Notes: generated from the letters alone by a model not told the origin. A stretch of 59,194 bases of DNA from Tolypothrix carrinoi HA7290-LM1 (GCA_019358935.1 JAHHIK010000047.1:1-59194); one strand, 5' to 3'. Counted from the stretch's first letter, positions 29,711 through 39,741 are shown. Numbers and translations: made by a program.

Positions 29711-30015
29711 AGATAGTTGTTATTTGTTAGTTGATGGTGAACCACTGCGCTATCGCGCTCTGCCGACTTGAAGCAAGTGGTGAACCCGAAGGGTTGATGG
29801 TTGTTAGTAGATAGTTGATGGTTGTTAGTAGATAGTCGATGATTGGTGGTTGATGATTATTGGACTTAGAAAAGTACGATTAACCACTATCAACTAACCA
29901 CTATCCACCAACCACTATCAACTAACCACTATCCACCAACCACTATCCATCAACCACTATCCACCAACCACTATCCACCAACCACTATCAACTAACCACT
30001 ATCCACCAACCACTA
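29711..30015. repeat. Inverted low-complexity repeats (TAGTTGATGGTT / AACCACTATCCACC) between convergent genes
   Basis: Read directly; the left arm is interrupted by a hairpin element at about 29740-29793. Confidence 0.85.
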
Positions 30016-30699
30016 ACCATTACCAATTCCAAAACGATAACCTTTACCGTAAACGGTGTGAATTAATTGCGTTTCACCAGCTACCTCAATCTTGCGACGC
30101 AGCAGACGAATTAATGCCGCTATCACATTGCTGCTGGGTTGTTCGTCATATGACCACAAATGCTGCATAATTTGCGCGTGAGTCAGCAATTGTCCGGTGT
30201 TTTCCATGAAGTATTGCAACAGTTGACTTTCTTTTTCTGATAGTTCTATGATCCGTCCTGGGCGAAAGGCTACTTGATTTTCGCTATCAAGTTCTAAATC
30301 AGCTACAGTCAGCTTGGCTGTGGTAGTTTGCGTTTCCGTACCGGAGCGACGCAATAAAGCACGCACTCGTGCTAGTAATTCGCGCAATTCAAACGGTTTA
30401 ACTAAATAATCGTCCGCACCAGCATCTAAACCTTCTACTCTATCATCTAAAGTATCTTTGGCGGTGAGAAATAGCACGGGTGTAAGTTTACCAGTACGTC
30501 GCAATTGCTGACAAATTTCCAAACCGGTTTTTCCTGGCAGCATCCAATCTAAAATTAGTAAGTCATAATTGCCAGATAAAGCAAGTTGGCTACCATTTGT
30601 CCCATCATAAACCGCATCCACAGTGTAACCCTCGCGAGTTAACACACGACTTAAGGGGTCAGTTAGTTCAACTTCATCGTCAACTAAAAGAATCCGCAT
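30013..30699 (-). CDS. OmpR-family response regulator (RppA-like)
   Basis: LLVDDE, LDWMLP, GADDYLVKPF, IHTVYGKGY. Confidence 0.92.
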   Translation of the reverse strand: MRILLVDDEVELTDPLSRVLTREGYTVDAVYDGTNGSQLALSGNYDLLILDWMLPGKTGLEICQQLRRTGKLTPVLFLTAKDTLDDRVEGLDAGADDYLVKPFELRELLARVRALLRRSGTETQTTTAKLTVADLELDSENQVAFRPGRIIELSEKESQLLQYFMENTGQLLTHAQIMQHLWSYDEQPSSNVIAALIRLLRRKIEVAGETQLIHTVYGKGYRFGIGNG

Positions 30700-30810
30700 G
30701 TTAAAAGTTATGAGTTATGAGTTATGAGTTGTAGAGACGCGAAATTTCGCGTCTGTACCAAGCTATTTACATTCAAGACTCAAAACTGAAAATTTAACAT
30801 CTACCTACTT

Positions 30811-31455
30811 ATGATTACTGTTGCACTGCCTAAAGGGGAACTACTCAAAAATAGCATCCATTTGTTACAATCTGTGGGATTAGATTTTAGCGCTTTTTTG
30901 GATTCCGGAACTCGCCAACTTCAAATTTTTGACACCACAGGCAAAGCAAAAGCTTTGTTGGTAAGGGCGCAAGATGTGCCTGTTTATGTAGAATATGGTC
31001 AGGCACAATTGGGTATTGTCGGTTACGATGTGCTGCGGGAGAAAAAGCCGCAAGTTGCTCACTTGGTTGATTTGCAGTTTGGCTATTGTCGCATGTCTGT
31101 GGCGGTGAAAGCATCGAGTGCTTACCGTTCGGCGTTGGAATTACCTGCTGATGGTAGAGTGGCATCAAAGTATGTGAATTGCGCTCGTGAATATTTCCAA
31201 AGTTTAGATTTACCTGTGGAAATTGTGCCGTTGTATGGTTCAGTAGAATTAGGACCGATTACGGGGATGTCAGAGGCGATCGTTGATTTGGTTTCTTCTG
31301 GGCGGACTTTGCGCGAAAATGGTTTAATTGAAATTGCGACATTGTATGAAAGCACGGCACGGTTGATTGCCCATCCTCTAAGTTATCGTCTGAATACAGG
31401 TAATTTGCACAACTTAGTTGAAGATATGCGATCGCAAATTCTATCCGCAATCTAA
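30811..31455 (+). CDS. hisG: ATP phosphoribosyltransferase, short form
   Basis: [38 protein letters not shown]. Confidence 0.95.
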   Translation: MITVALPKGELLKNSIHLLQSVGLDFSAFLDSGTRQLQIFDTTGKAKALLVRAQDVPVYVEYGQAQLGIVGYDVLREKKPQVAHLVDLQFGYCRMSVAVKASSAYRSALELPADGRVASKYVNCAREYFQSLDLPVEIVPLYGSVELGPITGMSEAIVDLVSSGRTLRENGLIEIATLYESTARLIAHPLSYRLNTGNLHNLVEDMRSQILSAI

Positions 31456-31568
31456 CATCTAGGTGAATGGCGGTTTGAATCTCTGGCATAATGTGGGAGT
31501 ATGAATATTAACGTTAGATTAGGAAAGCTTGCTTTTCTGATTGTAAAAATTAATATAATGCTCTTACT

Positions 31569-33452
31569 ATGAGCACTACCAAACCTCTAAAAAAATTCTA
31601 TACAGGGAACCGTCGTCGTGAAAATGACTGGCGGTTATTTTTGCGTTTAGTACCCTATGCGCGAAAACGTGGACGACTGCTAGCGCTTTCGATGTTGTTA
31701 CTCGTGCCGATCGCTGTCGCCGGTGCGATACAACCTTTGCTAATCGGACAAGCCATATCCCTAATTCGCTCGGAACCAAGCACTTACGAGTTTCTGAGAA
31801 ATCGCCCTTTAATGCAAGGGCTAAGTATCGTTGAAGGATTGTTGCTCTTAACCGTGAGCGTAAACCTGATATTTACAGGTTTTCAGGGTTATGTTGTACA
31901 AAAGCTAGGACAAGAAATCACCGCCGAAATTCGCCGAGATTTATTTCATCATGTTACATCTTTGGCGGTACGTTTTTTTGACCGGACACCTGTTGGTAAA
32001 CTAATTACCAGACTCACCAGTGATGTGGAAGTGTTAGGTGATGTCTTTTCCACTGGAGCGATCGGCATTGTCTCGGATTTGTTTTCAATGCTGGTGATTC
32101 TCGGTTTTATGTTTTCTATCGAGTGGGAACTCGCTTTGTTATTGCTGTTGATGCTGATACCAATCAGCTGGTTAATTGTTTTCTTTCAGCAACAGTTTCG
32201 CAAAGCTAATTACAAAGTGCGGGAAGAACTTTCTGTCCTTAATTCTCAGTTGCAAGAAAATATTACCGGGATTAATATAGTACAGTTATTCCGGCGGGAA
32301 AAATTTAACGCCCAATTGTTTCGCAATACAAACAAAGATTACGTCAAGGAAGTCGATCAAACCATCTTTTTTGATTCGGCAGTTTCCGCTACATTGGAAT
32401 GGATTTCTTTAATAGCGATCGCCAGTGTTTTATGTGTCGGCGGTTTGTTATTATTAGATAAACAGTTGACATTTGGCACATTATCTGCATTCATTTTCTA
32501 TGCCCAACGATTGTTCGATCCTTTGCGGCAATTTGCAGAAAAATTCACAACAATTCAAGCTGGTTTTACTGCGATTGAGCGGGTTAGCGATATTTTAGAT
32601 GAACCGATAGAAATACGCGATCGCACCAATCCGCGATACTCCTTTTTAGAATCAGAATTCGGATATATCGACGATATCGTAGAAAACTTAAATCCTCAAA
32701 CAGCAAATGGTAAGTCTGCAAAAGGAGAAATCCGGTTTGAACATGTTTGGTTTGCTTATAAAGACGATGAATATGTCATTAAAGACTTAGACTTTACCAT
32801 TCATCCAGGCGAGAAAATAGCATTAGTTGGTCCCACCGGTGCAGGTAAAAGTTCGATTATCCGTCTTTTGTGTCGTCTCTACGAACCCAGTAGAGGACGC
32901 ATTTTAGTAGATGGTGTAGATATTAAAGAAGTACCTCAAGCAGAACTGCGACGTTATATGGCAGTAATTTTGCAAGAAGGCTTTTTGTTTGCAGGTGATG
33001 TTAAAAGCAATATCACTTTAGGAGACAGCTACACCTTTGAGCAAATTCAACAAGCAGCACAAAAAACAAACATTGACGAATTTATAGAAAATCTCCCCCA
33101 AGGTTATGATACCCAACTAAGAGAAAGAGGGACAAATCTTTCGAGCGGACAAAAGCAACTTTTAGCTTTTGCCCGTGCTGCAATTCGCAATCCGCAAATT
33201 TTGGTACTAGATGAAGCAACCGCTAGTTTAGATGTAGGCACAGAAGCATTAATTCAACAAGCATTAAATCAGCTTTTAGTTGAACGTACTGCGATAATTA
33301 TTGCTCACCGTCTGTCTACGATTCGCAATGTGGATCGAATTTTTGTCTTGAAGCGAGGAGAATTAATCGAACAAGGAAGCCATGAAGAATTGTTGCAACA
33401 ACAAGGACTTTACGCCACTTTGCACAACTTACAAATGTTAGGAACTACTTAA
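31569..33452 (+). CDS. ABC exporter (fused TMD-NBD, MsbA/MdlB-like)
   Basis: GPTGAGKS, LSSGQKQ, ILVLDEAT, AHRLST. Confidence 0.93.
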   Translation: MSTTKPLKKFYTGNRRRENDWRLFLRLVPYARKRGRLLALSMLLLVPIAVAGAIQPLLIGQAISLIRSEPSTYEFLRNRPLMQGLSIVEGLLLLTVSVNLIFTGFQGYVVQKLGQEITAEIRRDLFHHVTSLAVRFFDRTPVGKLITRLTSDVEVLGDVFSTGAIGIVSDLFSMLVILGFMFSIEWELALLLLLMLIPISWLIVFFQQQFRKANYKVREELSVLNSQLQENITGINIVQLFRREKFNAQLFRNTNKDYVKEVDQTIFFDSAVSATLEWISLIAIASVLCVGGLLLLDKQLTFGTLSAFIFYAQRLFDPLRQFAEKFTTIQAGFTAIERVSDILDEPIEIRDRTNPRYSFLESEFGYIDDIVENLNPQTANGKSAKGEIRFEHVWFAYKDDEYVIKDLDFTIHPGEKIALVGPTGAGKSSIIRLLCRLYEPSRGRILVDGVDIKEVPQAELRRYMAVILQEGFLFAGDVKSNITLGDSYTFEQIQQAAQKTNIDEFIENLPQGYDTQLRERGTNLSSGQKQLLAFARAAIRNPQILVLDEATASLDVGTEALIQQALNQLLVERTAIIIAHRLSTIRNVDRIFVLKRGELIEQGSHEELLQQQGLYATLHNLQMLGTT

Positions 33453-33455
33453 TTT

Positions 33456-33504
33456 CGTAGTAAGCGCTTCAGCGCTTTATGGAAGCACTGAAGCGCTTAC
33501 TACG
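33456..33504. repeat. Palindrome CGTAGTAAGCGCTTCAG...CTGAAGCGCTTACTACG (REP-like or terminator)
   Basis: Long perfect arms between convergent genes; partial relatives near 291-314 and 10227-10249. Confidence 0.8.
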
Positions 33505-33603
33505 TTAAACACAAAAATTTAGATATTGATCGGGCAAACTAGTACTTTAATTTACAAGTTACTCAGTTTTGTGGTAGATGAAAACCCTTGGATTATCTGT
33601 ACA

Positions 33604-34593
33604 TTATCTGCTTGGCAATGCACAATAAGCTGGAACCTTGCTAGCAAGAAGATTGAGACTAGCTACAGCATATTTGGCAAACACTGACTCTTTTGTAGCA
33701 TTGCAAGAACCTTTCAGTTCTTTAGTTTTACTTTCGTCTTTGACAAGTCGAGCTTGATAAGTGTAGAGAGAACCAGACGGTTTTTCAAAAGTTATCTCTG
33801 CTTCAATAATAGAATTATCTAAGCTTTGCTTAATGATTTTGCCTGCCACTTTGTAGTCAAACCAATCCCATCCGTGACGAAGAATTAGTTCTCTTTCCAA
33901 AACTTGCATCGCAGGTGGCAAAATTCCCCAACCTCGATAGACTTTATTCAAGCAATTAATATCACCACTGCGCGTCAAAATCGACTTAAATGACTCTTGA
34001 TCTAGCGCACCGTAGTATCTTCCTTCTGGTAAGTCTATAGCTGTTGGTGCAAATCTATGTCCACCAAAGTGGCTTGATTTCCAAATCCGCACCTCATCTA
34101 AACCCAAATCAGAAATAGTAGCGTCTGCGTGATAGAAAAACGGATTGCCATATCTAGCACAACACATATCATGGCTACCGTGCGTACACACTAAAATATC
34201 TCTGGTTACACTTGTTTTTACTTCATATTTGGGAGTACTACCCGATAACCATTTTCTGATAGTAGGTGCTGCTTGCTCAATATTTGGCAGTTTAAACTCT
34301 TGTTTGCGATATCCATTGCCAAGACCTTCTTGTTGATGATAAATCAACAATGTGGTGTGGTCTATTTTATGTGATTCATTATTAGCAATCAAGAGAAATC
34401 TTATCGGCTGTTTAGTGCGCTTCAACTCTTCTACTAAAACTTTCAGACTATTTGGCACCCATCTGGAATTCAAGGCTTCGGAATGCCAAGGTGGAGGACA
34501 CTCTATTAAAACATAAGTTTGGTAGTTGGTGGCGCTACCAATAACATCTTCTCCTACTTGTTTGGAATGGTCGGAACAAAAGAAATGAGTCAT
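33604..34593 (-). CDS. Sucrase/ferredoxin-like (thioredoxin-like 2Fe-2S) protein
   Basis: LVCTHGSHDMCCARYG, SSHFGGHRFAP. Confidence 0.9.
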   Translation of the reverse strand: MTHFFCSDHSKQVGEDVIGSATNYQTYVLIECPPPWHSEALNSRWVPNSLKVLVEELKRTKQPIRFLLIANNESHKIDHTTLLIYHQQEGLGNGYRKQEFKLPNIEQAAPTIRKWLSGSTPKYEVKTSVTRDILVCTHGSHDMCCARYGNPFFYHADATISDLGLDEVRIWKSSHFGGHRFAPTAIDLPEGRYYGALDQESFKSILTRSGDINCLNKVYRGWGILPPAMQVLERELILRHGWDWFDYKVAGKIIKQSLDNSIIEAEITFEKPSGSLYTYQARLVKDESKTKELKGSCNATKESVFAKYAVASLNLLASKVPAYCALPSR

Positions 34594-34694
34594 TTACCTG
34601 TACTTAATTGTGTATTTTATAAACAAAAGTTCTCTAAATGAAAGTGTGATTTTCATGACAAAATTTTCCTCTTAACAATGTTTTCCACTGCTCA

Positions 34695-35465
34695 TCAATC
34701 ATAAACTGCTGCCTTTGATACCAAGCAAGACAATGAAGGAAAGATGTATATTCCCCACCTCAAACCTGGTAGCCACTTTATAACATCATTTATAGGAAAT
34801 GTCTCTTTTTTGAAGATATTTTCTCCAATAAAGCTAGGCGTACAAATAGATACTTTCTGGACTGCAATGTTTATTTTGTATACAATGCTATCTGGCTGTT
34901 CATGAATTTTTAATGGCAGAAACTTGTACTTTATAAAGTTTGTTACACTGCCAAAGTCAAATATATTGAACCTTGCCTGATAATCTAGACAGTATCTAGC
35001 TTTCAGCTTGCTTAAGGTATCGAGACACTTGTGATAATTATCACAAAAAATTATAAAAACAACGCTTTTATTTAAATTATCTCTTAATCTATGAATATAA
35101 TTTACTACAACATTTGTCTCTACACCTAAAGGTATATTATTACGCCACGCTAATAAAATCAACTGCTTAATTAGCTTTGCTAAAAAGTCAATACCAATTT
35201 GCCAAAATACTTGTAAAGTTAAATGCAGGCTTAGTTGATTGAAAGCGATCGCGTAATCCCAATCAGCTTTTTTACACCACTTAATGAAATTGCTATTTCT
35301 GCTGCGATCGCTAACTTTTTTATCTAATCCCCACCGCTGCTGTGGGTACTTTAACTGATATAAATTGAAACGATTTGTAAATTTTTTGACAAAAAATACT
35401 GCTTTTATTGCCCAGGATTTTTTTAACAATTCTTCAAGACTATATCGTTTTAATATTTTGTACAT
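34695..35465 (-). CDS. Hypothetical protein (AT-rich)
   Basis: Long ORF with no motif recognised; start uncertain. Confidence 0.5.
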   Translation of the reverse strand: MYKILKRYSLEELLKKSWAIKAVFFVKKFTNRFNLYQLKYPQQRWGLDKKVSDRSRNSNFIKWCKKADWDYAIAFNQLSLHLTLQVFWQIGIDFLAKLIKQLILLAWRNNIPLGVETNVVVNYIHRLRDNLNKSVVFIIFCDNYHKCLDTLSKLKARYCLDYQARFNIFDFGSVTNFIKYKFLPLKIHEQPDSIVYKINIAVQKVSICTPSFIGENIFKKETFPINDVIKWLPGLRWGIYIFPSLSCLVSKAAVYD

Positions 35466-35466
35466 C

Positions 35467-35483
35467 TTGCTAATTTTTCTCAA
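35467..35483. promoter_or_regulatory. Possible Fur-box-like palindrome
   Basis: TTGCTAA-TTT-TTCTCAA (minus strand TTGAGAAAAATTAGCAA) next to the ATG at 35465. Confidence 0.4.
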
Positions 35484-35825
35484 TAAGAGAATAAAAAAAT
35501 AGATTGGCGTTGTTCTAACTTGACATCTCACCCCCGACATTACAGCACAAGTTTCGGGTGGGGATCTGCATTGACTGTAACTGAAGTCAATAACAAAAGC
35601 AAGTATTTGATAACATTTCTGATTTTTCCTTGGCTGAAAAATTACCAAAAGCCTGTAAAATCAAGGTTATGTGCTTTTTTATAGCGGAAAATAGTTACAA
35701 TAGTAACCATTACTCCTATCTATATAATAGATAAAATTTGTCAAAACTAGATGTTGTTCAGAGCGGTGAATGCGCTTCGTGCGGCACTTTGTCAAGAGTA
35801 TACTTCTGTATCTCTTACCCAGTCA

Positions 35826-35978
35826 CGCCAGTTCGCACGGGCGGAGGACGCCTCCCTTCTCCTTCGGAGACGCTCCGCGAACGGGTTCGCCACTACGAAT
35901 AGACGGTACAGGCAACCGCGCCCGTGGACTCACCGCACGCGACTGGCTCCCCAATCCCCAGTCCCCAGTCCCCAGTCC
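35826..35978. repeat. Nested hairpin elements followed by a (CCCCAGT)n STRR tract
   Basis: Ends CGCCAGT... and ...GCGACTGGCTC match the element at about 12891-12934; several internal hairpins. Confidence 0.75.
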
Positions 35979-36022
35979 AAGCGTCCCTAGTATGATGGAG
36001 AAAATAGACGTGATTTGTGACT

Positions 36023-36826
36023 ATGGCTGTTGCTTCTTTCTGCTTTCATGCAGAATTGAATGATTTTTTACCACGGTATAAAAGACAAGTAATAATATCC
36101 CATTCTTTTGGTGAAAGAGCCTCAATAAAAGACATGATTGAGGCTTTGGGTGTGCCTCATACTGAAGTTGATAGTATGGAAGTTAACAATAATTTTGTTG
36201 ATTTTTCTTACATTGTTCAGGATAAAGACACTATCAATGTCTATCCAATTTCGGCTACACCTGATATTACACCAAGCGTCTCTGTTCGACCATTACCGCT
36301 AAGTGTCATCCGCTTCATTTTAGATATTCATTTAGGTAAGTTAGCGACATCTTTGCGACTGTTAGGTTTTGACACTTTATATCGCAATGACTATGACGAT
36401 GAAGAATTAGCCGAAATTTCCAGCAGTCAATCACGCATTCTCTTGACTCGTGATAAGGGTTTATTAATGCGGAGTTTGGTGACACACGGATATTATGTCA
36501 GAAGCACTAATCCTCAACAGCAAATTGTGGAAGTATTGCAACGCTTCGACTTATTTAAAATAGTATCGCCTTTTCAAAGATGTTTGCGCTGCAATGGATT
36601 GTTAACACCTGTAGCGAAGGAATCTGTAATTGATGAATTACCAGAAACAGTGCGATACTCCAAAGGAGTCGCTTCGCGATCGCGCAGCGTCTTTGCAGGA
36701 GAATCGCAAAATAATGAGTTCCATCGCTGCGAAGATTGCGCTCAAATTTATTGGCAAGGAACTCATTATGAGCGTTTGCAGCAGTTTATCGAGCAAGTAC
36801 TTGACTCAAAGACAGTGATTGAATAA
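36023..36826 (+). CDS. Mut7-C RNase domain protein with N-terminal ubiquitin-like domain
   Basis: SIKDMIEALGVPHTEV, DIHLGKLATSLRLLGFD, RCLRCNG, CEDCAQIYWQGTH. Confidence 0.9.
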   Translation: MAVASFCFHAELNDFLPRYKRQVIISHSFGERASIKDMIEALGVPHTEVDSMEVNNNFVDFSYIVQDKDTINVYPISATPDITPSVSVRPLPLSVIRFILDIHLGKLATSLRLLGFDTLYRNDYDDEELAEISSSQSRILLTRDKGLLMRSLVTHGYYVRSTNPQQQIVEVLQRFDLFKIVSPFQRCLRCNGLLTPVAKESVIDELPETVRYSKGVASRSRSVFAGESQNNEFHRCEDCAQIYWQGTHYERLQQFIEQVLDSKTVIE

Positions 36827-36833
36827 GTGAAGA

Positions 36834-37073
36834 TTATTGATTTTCAGATGGTATAATACCCCCTCCCGGAATAAAAGCAGTTATAATTTGATGCTCTCCA
36901 ACATTTTCTGAGTTTTCTTGCTCATGAATTAAATCGTCAAGGTTTGAGTCTTTTTCGTGTTCACTCGCTTCTTTTGCTTCAATTGGATCTGCCTCTTTAT
37001 CTAGATTAAGAGAGCGAGGAGGTTCTTTGGCACTAGATACATCGAAGAATGGTTTTGCTTTGTCAGAAGTCAT
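36834..37073 (-). CDS. Small acidic hypothetical protein
   Basis: 79-aa ORF with ATG that fills the gap between neighbours. Confidence 0.55.
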   Translation of the reverse strand: MTSDKAKPFFDVSSAKEPPRSLNLDKEADPIEAKEASEHEKDSNLDDLIHEQENSENVGEHQIITAFIPGGGIIPSENQ

Positions 37074-37168
37074 AAGTTGCTAAAGGGCGCTATTTATTTT
37101 AGTGTTTGTCATATCTAGATAACAAACATCTTTCTTGAGAGTGATGGTGTGGGAGGAGCGTAAAGACT

Positions 37169-38233
37169 GTGACATTAATTTTAGCGCTCGATTTTGGTGG
37201 AACCAAGCTGGCAGGGGGAGTGGTAAATGTGGGTTCTCGGCAATGGTTGCGTTATGAACGTTGCTTTTCACCAACGAATGCGAATGCTAGCAGTGATTTA
37301 GAAATGATGCGATCGCTTATCCATTCTCTTCTACAATCAGAAAAACCAGCTGCTATTGGTGTCAGTTTTGGGGGACCGGTTGACGCAACTACAGGAACGG
37401 TGCGACTATCGCATCATGTATCTGGGTGGGAAAATATTCGCTTAAAAGACTTGTTAGAAGCCGAGTTTGGCGTTTTTGTTAGCGTAGACAATGATGCTAA
37501 TGTTGCGGCTTTAGGTGAACATCGCTTTGGTGCGGGACAGGGCTATGAAAGTATGTTTTATATCACTGTCAGTACTGGTGTGGGTGGTGGTTGGATACTT
37601 AACAATCAGCCTTGGCGGGGTGCTGGGGGAATGGCGGGTGAAATTGGACACATGATTGTAGATCCGGCGGGACCGATGTGTTTGTGTGGAAAGCGGGGAT
37701 GTGTGGAAAGGTTGGCGTCGGGTGTGTATATGGCGCGGGATGTGCGCGAGATGTTGGAAAACGAACCGCAGAGAAGCAGCGGAAAGTCTGAGCGGAGGTT
37801 TCCTCCGTTCCCCGAAGGGGTTGCCGTTGGCGAAGCCTCTCCGACAGGAGAAGGCATCAGAGCTTTCCAAGAGAGAGAACGCAGAGAAGGGGAGATATTG
37901 AGGGATTTGGTGGGGGGGAATTTGGAGTTGGTGACGGGGAAGGTGGTGAGTGAGGCTGCGGGGTTGGGGGATGAGTTGGCAAAGGAGATTTTATACAGGG
38001 GTGCTTGGGGGTTGGGTGTGGGTATTGGGAATGTGGCGAATTTGATGAATCCGCAGCGGTTTGTGTTGGGTGGAAGTGTGACGAAAGCGGGGGAAAGATG
38101 GTGGGAGGTGGTGCGGAAAACGGCGCGGGAGACGGCTTTACCTGAGGTGGATTTGGAAATTGTGCCGGCAGCGTTGGAAGATGATGCGCCGTTGTGGGGT
38201 GCTGTGGCGTTGGCAACACAAGCTTTACAATAA
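37169..38233 (+). CDS. ROK-family sugar kinase with an in-frame repeat insertion
   Basis: LDFGGTK, DNDANVAALGE, GEIGH, CLCGKRGCVE. Confidence 0.9.
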   Translation: MTLILALDFGGTKLAGGVVNVGSRQWLRYERCFSPTNANASSDLEMMRSLIHSLLQSEKPAAIGVSFGGPVDATTGTVRLSHHVSGWENIRLKDLLEAEFGVFVSVDNDANVAALGEHRFGAGQGYESMFYITVSTGVGGGWILNNQPWRGAGGMAGEIGHMIVDPAGPMCLCGKRGCVERLASGVYMARDVREMLENEPQRSSGKSERRFPPFPEGVAVGEASPTGEGIRAFQERERREGEILRDLVGGNLELVTGKVVSEAAGLGDELAKEILYRGAWGLGVGIGNVANLMNPQRFVLGGSVTKAGERWWEVVRKTARETALPEVDLEIVPAALEDDAPLWGAVALATQALQ

Positions 38234-38302
38234 CTTTGTAAACGGATGACTGTAACATTAATACCATTATTTGTAGAGACGTTCGGTGCGGAACGTCTCG
38301 AC

Positions 38303-38431
38303 AATGCTTCTACAACTGAACGAGAAACAATATCTAAACTTGTCCAAAAATGCCTAGACGCAAAAGGCGTAAATTGTGAAGCATGGGAGAAAGAAATAAG
38401 CGATCGCGTCGCCTCTCTCTATGGACTGTAG
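38303..38431 (+). pseudogene. C-terminal remnant resembling a type IIG restriction-modification enzyme
   Basis: NASTTERETISKLVQKCLDAKGVNCEAWEKEISDRVASLYGL; begins right after a REP-like palindrome. Confidence 0.6.
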
Positions 38432-38489
38432 GACAATATATAAGAGAACAATCTCGCCTACAGTATTAAGAATTATTGAGGGAAAAATC

Positions 38490-39059
38490 ATGCAGTTCCC
38501 TGTAAACTTATTCACTTTTGAAGAATACCTTGAATTAGAGCAGCATAGCGAAATTCGCCACGAATATCTTGGTGGTCAAGTATTCGCTATGTCTGGTGGT
38601 AGCAAACAACACAATCTCATAGCCGGGAATATTTACTCACGCTTACGTTCCCATTTACGAGGTGGTTCCTGTAGTGTCTTCATGGCTGATATGAAAGTCA
38701 GGATAGAATTAGCTAGCCAAAATAAAAGTATTTTTTACTATCCTGATGTGATAGTAACCTGCGACCCCCAAGACCAAGACCGCTTTTCTTTAAATTATCC
38801 CTGCTTAATTATAGAAGTGCTATCACCCAGTACAGAAATAACAGACAGACGAGAAAAACTCGTTAATTACCGAACTTTAGAAAGCTTACAAGAATATGTA
38901 TTAGTTTCCCAAGATGAAATCAAAGTAGAAGTTTATCGTAAAGATACTCAAGGAAATTGGTCAGTGCAAATTTTAGTCAAGGACGATAACTTAGAATTAA
39001 ATTCGGTAGGGTTAACCCTAACAATGGCAGATATTTATGAAGATGTGCTAACAGTATAA
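38490..39059 (+). CDS. Uma2-family PD-(D/E)XK endonuclease
   Basis: RHEYLGG, YYPDVIVTC, IEVLSPST, LQEYVLVSQ. Confidence 0.92.
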   Translation: MQFPVNLFTFEEYLELEQHSEIRHEYLGGQVFAMSGGSKQHNLIAGNIYSRLRSHLRGGSCSVFMADMKVRIELASQNKSIFYYPDVIVTCDPQDQDRFSLNYPCLIIEVLSPSTEITDRREKLVNYRTLESLQEYVLVSQDEIKVEVYRKDTQGNWSVQILVKDDNLELNSVGLTLTMADIYEDVLTV

Positions 39060-39070
39060 GGTGAAAAACT

Positions 39071-39310
39071 ATGCAACCTGCTTTACGTATCACAACCAAA
39101 GTTTTACCAGGAAACAAAATAGAAATTGAAATTCCCGAAGCTCAAATTGGCGATACTGTAGATGTATTTGTGGTTTTACCAGAAAAAGTAGAAACCAAAA
39201 AGCGTTCTGTAATCGAGATACTAGAAGAAGTTCACGCCAAACGTCCTCCGAAAAGTGCTGAAGAAATAGACAGACAACTGCGAGAAAAACGCGAATCATG
39301 GGACAGCTAG
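39071..39310 (+). CDS. Putative antitoxin
   Basis: 79 aa ending SAEEIDRQLREKRESWDS; overlaps the PIN gene start. Confidence 0.75.
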   Translation: MQPALRITTKVLPGNKIEIEIPEAQIGDTVDVFVVLPEKVETKKRSVIEILEEVHAKRPPKSAEEIDRQLREKRESWDS

Positions 39311-39741
39311 TATTGCCTTCTTCGAGCAGAATCTATATAGACACAGCAGTAGCAATTTATAGTGTCGAGTGGAATCCTAATTATTATTCACTGCTAGAAC
39401 CCTTATGGTTAAAACTTCAAGCAGGATAAATCGAAGTTGTTAGCAGTGAACTAATTTTAATGGAAACTTTAGTACTTCCTTTAAAAAACGCTGATACATT
39501 TCTGCTTGATGCTTACGAACAATTGTTATTGTCCGGAGGAATGCGACTAATTCCTATTAGTCAATTAATTCTACGACAAGCTGCAAATATTCGGGCTACA
39601 ACTAACTTGAAAACACCAGATGCTATCCATGCAGCGACAGCCTTATCTGTTAGCTGTAACCAATTTGTTACTAACGATAAAGCCTTTCGTAATATTTCCA
39701 GTTTACCTGTTGTTATCCTTAGCGAAATATTAGCATCTTGA
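39298..39741 (+). pseudogene. vapC: VapC/PIN toxin with an in-frame nonsense codon
   Basis: ATG 39298 MGQLVLP...IYIDT, TAA at 39427-39429, same frame continues to KTPDAIHAATA...FVTND. Confidence 0.85.

Noticed and set aside
37606..38304. 232-aa minus-strand ORF
   Set aside because: Antisense shadow of the ROK kinase gene.
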